Assembly (NCBI GenBank): GCA_008690995.1 | Contig: VRMN01000002.1 | Span: forward strand, 2,108,001-2,172,000 | DNA length: 64,000 nucleotides | Reading direction: 5' to 3' | Source: Porphyridium purpureum | Lineage: Eukaryota | In this document: positions 61,220-64,000 of the stretch, one piece after another | Position numbering within the stretch: the first letter of the stretch is position 1 | Layout: each line of letters begins with the position of its first letter | The notes under the pieces: model-generated | The model's database searches: none | What the model saw: only the letters and a program-made list of their open reading frames with translations | What the model was told of the DNA's origin: nothing | Program-made: the position numbers and the translations under genes

Positions 61220-64000
61220 TCACACTCGCTCGACAAGGTGCCAGCGGGTGTACGGATCACTGTCACACGACATCTTCTCATCATCATGGCTGTACGCATA
61301 GCCGCGCATGCCAGCGTCATCGTCGCAGTCGTCGGGCTGCATGAGCATCGCGAAGGCGTTGCCACGGTTTGCGGCGGAGCGAGCATGCGTCATACGCTGG
61401 GCGATGCCAAGGGATAAGCTTGCACCGTACAGGCCCCACGCGGCTGCATGGCCGCGAAACACGTCGGTGGCAATCGGCTTCGTCAAGCCGTCAGCGATGT
61501 TGTCGCGCGTAGCGACATAGACGAACCTGACGAGTCCGTCCGCTGCTATCTCGTGCAACCATCTCAGAGAGATGCGCTGCATCTTTGGCGCATGCAGTAG
61601 CCGGTCACTGTGGCCGCGCTCCACCGCGCGCAAAGTCGACTCGTTGTCGCACCGCACAACGGTCGGAGGCCAGCGCCTCAAAAGTTCTTCCGCCAGTGTC
61701 GCCACTGGGAACACGCTGCCTTGCGCTGCGTCGTGCAGCGCTACCAACTCAGCCTCGGTCGTCGAGGTGCTGACGCGCCGCTGGCGCCGACTGGTCCAGT
61801 CTACAAGGTGTCGGCATCTGCCATTCGATATGAAGAGCACGGCGCCGCTCGTGGATGACGGTGCCGAGAAGTCGGCATCAGCCCACGCGTGCAACCGAAC
61901 GTCGCGACTGCCTGTCGCGGGTATGTCGTATTGCAGACAGACGTCCGCATGCTTCTTCAGATACCCGACGATCTCGTCGAGCGCGCGATCCGCGCTTGGC
62001 CCCCACCGGTCGACATAACGCGCCACATGCGCCGTGGCATAAGCGATGTCTGCTCGCGTGGTTCGGCTGAGCCACAGCAGTTGGCCAATCACTGTTCGCT
62101 TGTTTGTCGGGCACGCGCGCCCGCCGGGTCCATTGTCGTCGACCCGCTCGCTGAGTGGCGTGCTGCGCACGCGCAAGTTGTCCGCGGTGTGGCCGTTCGC
62201 CACATGGGTGGCGTACACCCCCGAATCCAGTATCCATCGGCCGCCGTCGCGATAGATGTGCATGCCGAGATACTTGATAGGGCGCGTACGCGCCGAGTCT
62301 GCAATGTATTCGACCTTCTGGTCGATTCTGAAGACGGTCTTCAGTTGTTTGACCGCCACTCGTACCGCATCCGCATTGCCGAAGAGTGCGCCATCGTCGA
62401 CGTACATGCTCAGCGTGAGCATGCTGCCGTTCGCGTCGCGGCGCCAGTACTGGTTCTTGTCCGCGTTGGATTCTTGCCATCCAAGCCGCCGGACACGCTC
62501 GCGAGCGTCGTGGCTGAAGTCGCTGCCGCTCCTTTTCATTCCGTACAGAGCCTGCGGTAGCTCCACGACAGGCTCGCTGCATGCGGCCATCTTTCTGTAG
62601 TCGGCTTCGCTGACTAGACCCTTCACGACCGGGACCAGGTCGCGCAGATATCCGAATGTCGGACGGCCGCCCAATGGTGCACTGGGGTAGGCACACGTTA
62701 CGTCGAAGAAGGCGCCGTCGGCGGATGGTCCATGGAGCATGAGCGCCATGCTCATCGAGGCGCGGATCGCCAGCAAACCTGGTGGGCGATCAAAAGGATA
62801 CGGTTCTTCGCGCGCGCGACGCCCATCGGCGTCCAGCACGACGCATCCTTGCGCGACGATGCGGCACTTCGTCTTGTGGAACGACGAAGGCATTTCTGAA
62901 TTCTTCTTGTTGAAGAGGAGCTTCAACTTAACGAATTGCGCGTTCGGAACGCGCGCCGCCACTGCCTTGTCCATCGTGCGGCGGAAAGGCAGAGCGCCGG
63001 TGCTGGTGAGCGCACGAAGCTCGGATGCTAATGCATGGCGGCCGGCGGGCGTGGCCATCGCCACCGCTGTGGCCACAACTTCTGCCACCCCCAGACCTGC
63101 CGCTTCGTCCTCTGGTCCCCCTGTCGCCGCGCTTGTATACATTGCGTCGCTGCTACTCTCTGCTCGCGTCGCGTCGTTCCGCGTCGCGTCGCTCGCTGCT
63201 GCTGCGTGCACTGGAAGCACACCCAGTTCCGCTGCGCGCGCGCGTAAGCCGGCTGGTTTGCGGCCGCGCATGAAGAATGCTGGCCTACCCGCGATGGCAA
63301 GCCAGTCCTCACCAAAACGGGCAATGCCTTCGGATATGGCAATGTCCTCGGCCGGACTCCACGGCAGCTCAATGCGCCGATACTGTGCTCGTGACGCGAG
63401 CTTTCCGTGCTCGTCTCGGTAGCACTGGCAGTGCATTTGCCTGCATGCGCCGTCACCAGTGTGACGTCGGCTGGGCGCCGGACCCAAAATGCATTTCTCG
63501 CATTCGGTGCTCCCACCGACTATTTTCTTGCACTGTGTGCAGAATGCACGGTCCGGTGCATTGTCGCGTGCTCGCGACCATTGATCACCCGTCGCAATGG
63601 CCTCATCCGGAGGCCGCAGTGCCAAACGTCGCAATGGCCACTTGTCGGGAAGTGGCTTCCATTCGCCGACCTTCCTGATCGCAGATGGCCGCAAGTCGGC
63701 AATGGGCAGGGCGAGCAGGTTTATGGGCTGCCGCGGGTCATTCGGCCTCGGTGCCGTGAACCCAACGACGATTGCAGGCACGCCTTTCGGCTCAAATTTG
63801 CCGCGGCTCTCATCGTATATGAGAATGCCGCTCCCGAATGCAGGGATGGGCTTGTGCCATGTCAGACCGAGCCGTTGCTCGAAGCTGGTCTGCTCCTGCT
63901 TTGCGCCGCGCCAGGCGAGGTTTCTGGCCAGGCAAAAGTAGGCGGCGGCGAACGGATACCACGCGGTCGGCAAGCCAGACTGCATCAGCAGTGCTCGCAC
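61220..64000 (-). CDS. pol: Copia Pol polyprotein (partial): integrase C-terminus/SH3-like, Cys/His cluster, Myb/SANT-like domain, RT, RNase H
   Basis: Integrase end RALLMQSGLP..W..A, PAFGS and KFEPKGVPAIVVGF. RT motifs KCRIVAQG, DVTCAY, QALYGMKRSG, YVDD (62393-62404) and YLG. RNase H motifs ADADF, STSTTEAE, CDN and NIADGLTK. No stops over 926 codons. Confidence 0.95.
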   Translation of the reverse strand: MRALLMQSGLPTAWYPFAAAYFCLARNLAWRGAKQEQTSFEQRLGLTWHKPIPAFGSGILIYDESRGKFEPKGVPAIVVGFTAPRPNDPRQPINLLALPIADLRPSAIRKVGEWKPLPDKWPLRRLALRPPDEAIATGDQWSRARDNAPDRAFCTQCKKIVGGSTECEKCILGPAPSRRHTGDGACRQMHCQCYRDEHGKLASRAQYRRIELPWSPAEDIAISEGIARFGEDWLAIAGRPAFFMRGRKPAGLRARAAELGVLPVHAAAASDATRNDATRAESSSDAMYTSAATGGPEDEAAGLGVAEVVATAVAMATPAGRHALASELRALTSTGALPFRRTMDKAVAARVPNAQFVKLKLLFNKKNSEMPSSFHKTKCRIVAQGCVVLDADGRRAREEPYPFDRPPGLLAIRASMSMALMLHGPSADGAFFDVTCAYPSAPLGGRPTFGYLRDLVPVVKGLVSEADYRKMAACSEPVVELPQALYGMKRSGSDFSHDARERVRRLGWQESNADKNQYWRRDANGSMLTLSMYVDDGALFGNADAVRVAVKQLKTVFRIDQKVEYIADSARTRPIKYLGMHIYRDGGRWILDSGVYATHVANGHTADNLRVRSTPLSERVDDNGPGGRACPTNKRTVIGQLLWLSRTTRADIAYATAHVARYVDRWGPSADRALDEIVGYLKKHADVCLQYDIPATGSRDVRLHAWADADFSAPSSTSGAVLFISNGRCRHLVDWTSRRQRRVSTSTTEAELVALHDAAQGSVFPVATLAEELLRRWPPTVVRCDNESTLRAVERGHSDRLLHAPKMQRISLRWLHEIAADGLVRFVYVATRDNIADGLTKPIATDVFRGHAAAWGLYGASLSLGIAQRMTHARSAANRGNAFAMLMQPDDCDDDAGMRGYAYSHDDEKMSCDSDPYTRWHLVERV

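Larger units (their letters stand above)
60852..64000 (-). mobile_element. Ty1/copia LTR retrotransposon, 3' part
   Basis: Integrase-RT-RNase H order, PPT and LTR. Confidence 0.93.

Overview
Compact, GC-rich, essentially intron-free eukaryotic nuclear DNA with about 27 protein-coding genes. It is most likely a unicellular red alga of the Porphyridium type; this is inferred from 'MAFV'-type plastid transit peptides, lack of introns and very short intergenic spaces. Recognisable genes include a RAD51C-like recombinase missed by the ORF track, CDC50, an AlkB dioxygenase, an F-box protein, three protein kinases, bystin, a TPM-RING protein, MscS, a FAN-like BEACH protein, SPRTN, aminoacylase-1, DPAGT1, CCA-adding enzyme, a mitochondrial carrier, EBP2, PAF1, RPL24, a plastid SLC4, JMJD7, IMPACT/YigZ, ICMT, Nup214 and a plastid YbaB. 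The window ends in the 3' half of an apparently intact Ty1/copia retrotransposon. Its Pol carries a Cys/His cluster plus a Myb/SANT (telobox-like) domain between integrase and reverse transcriptase, a candidate integration-targeting module and the most novel signal here. Other notable patterns are a GTACAG motif in most promoters, tandem repeats in divergent promoters, an 87-bp coding repeat in Nup214, and recurrent 5' frameshifts that are probably assembly indels.
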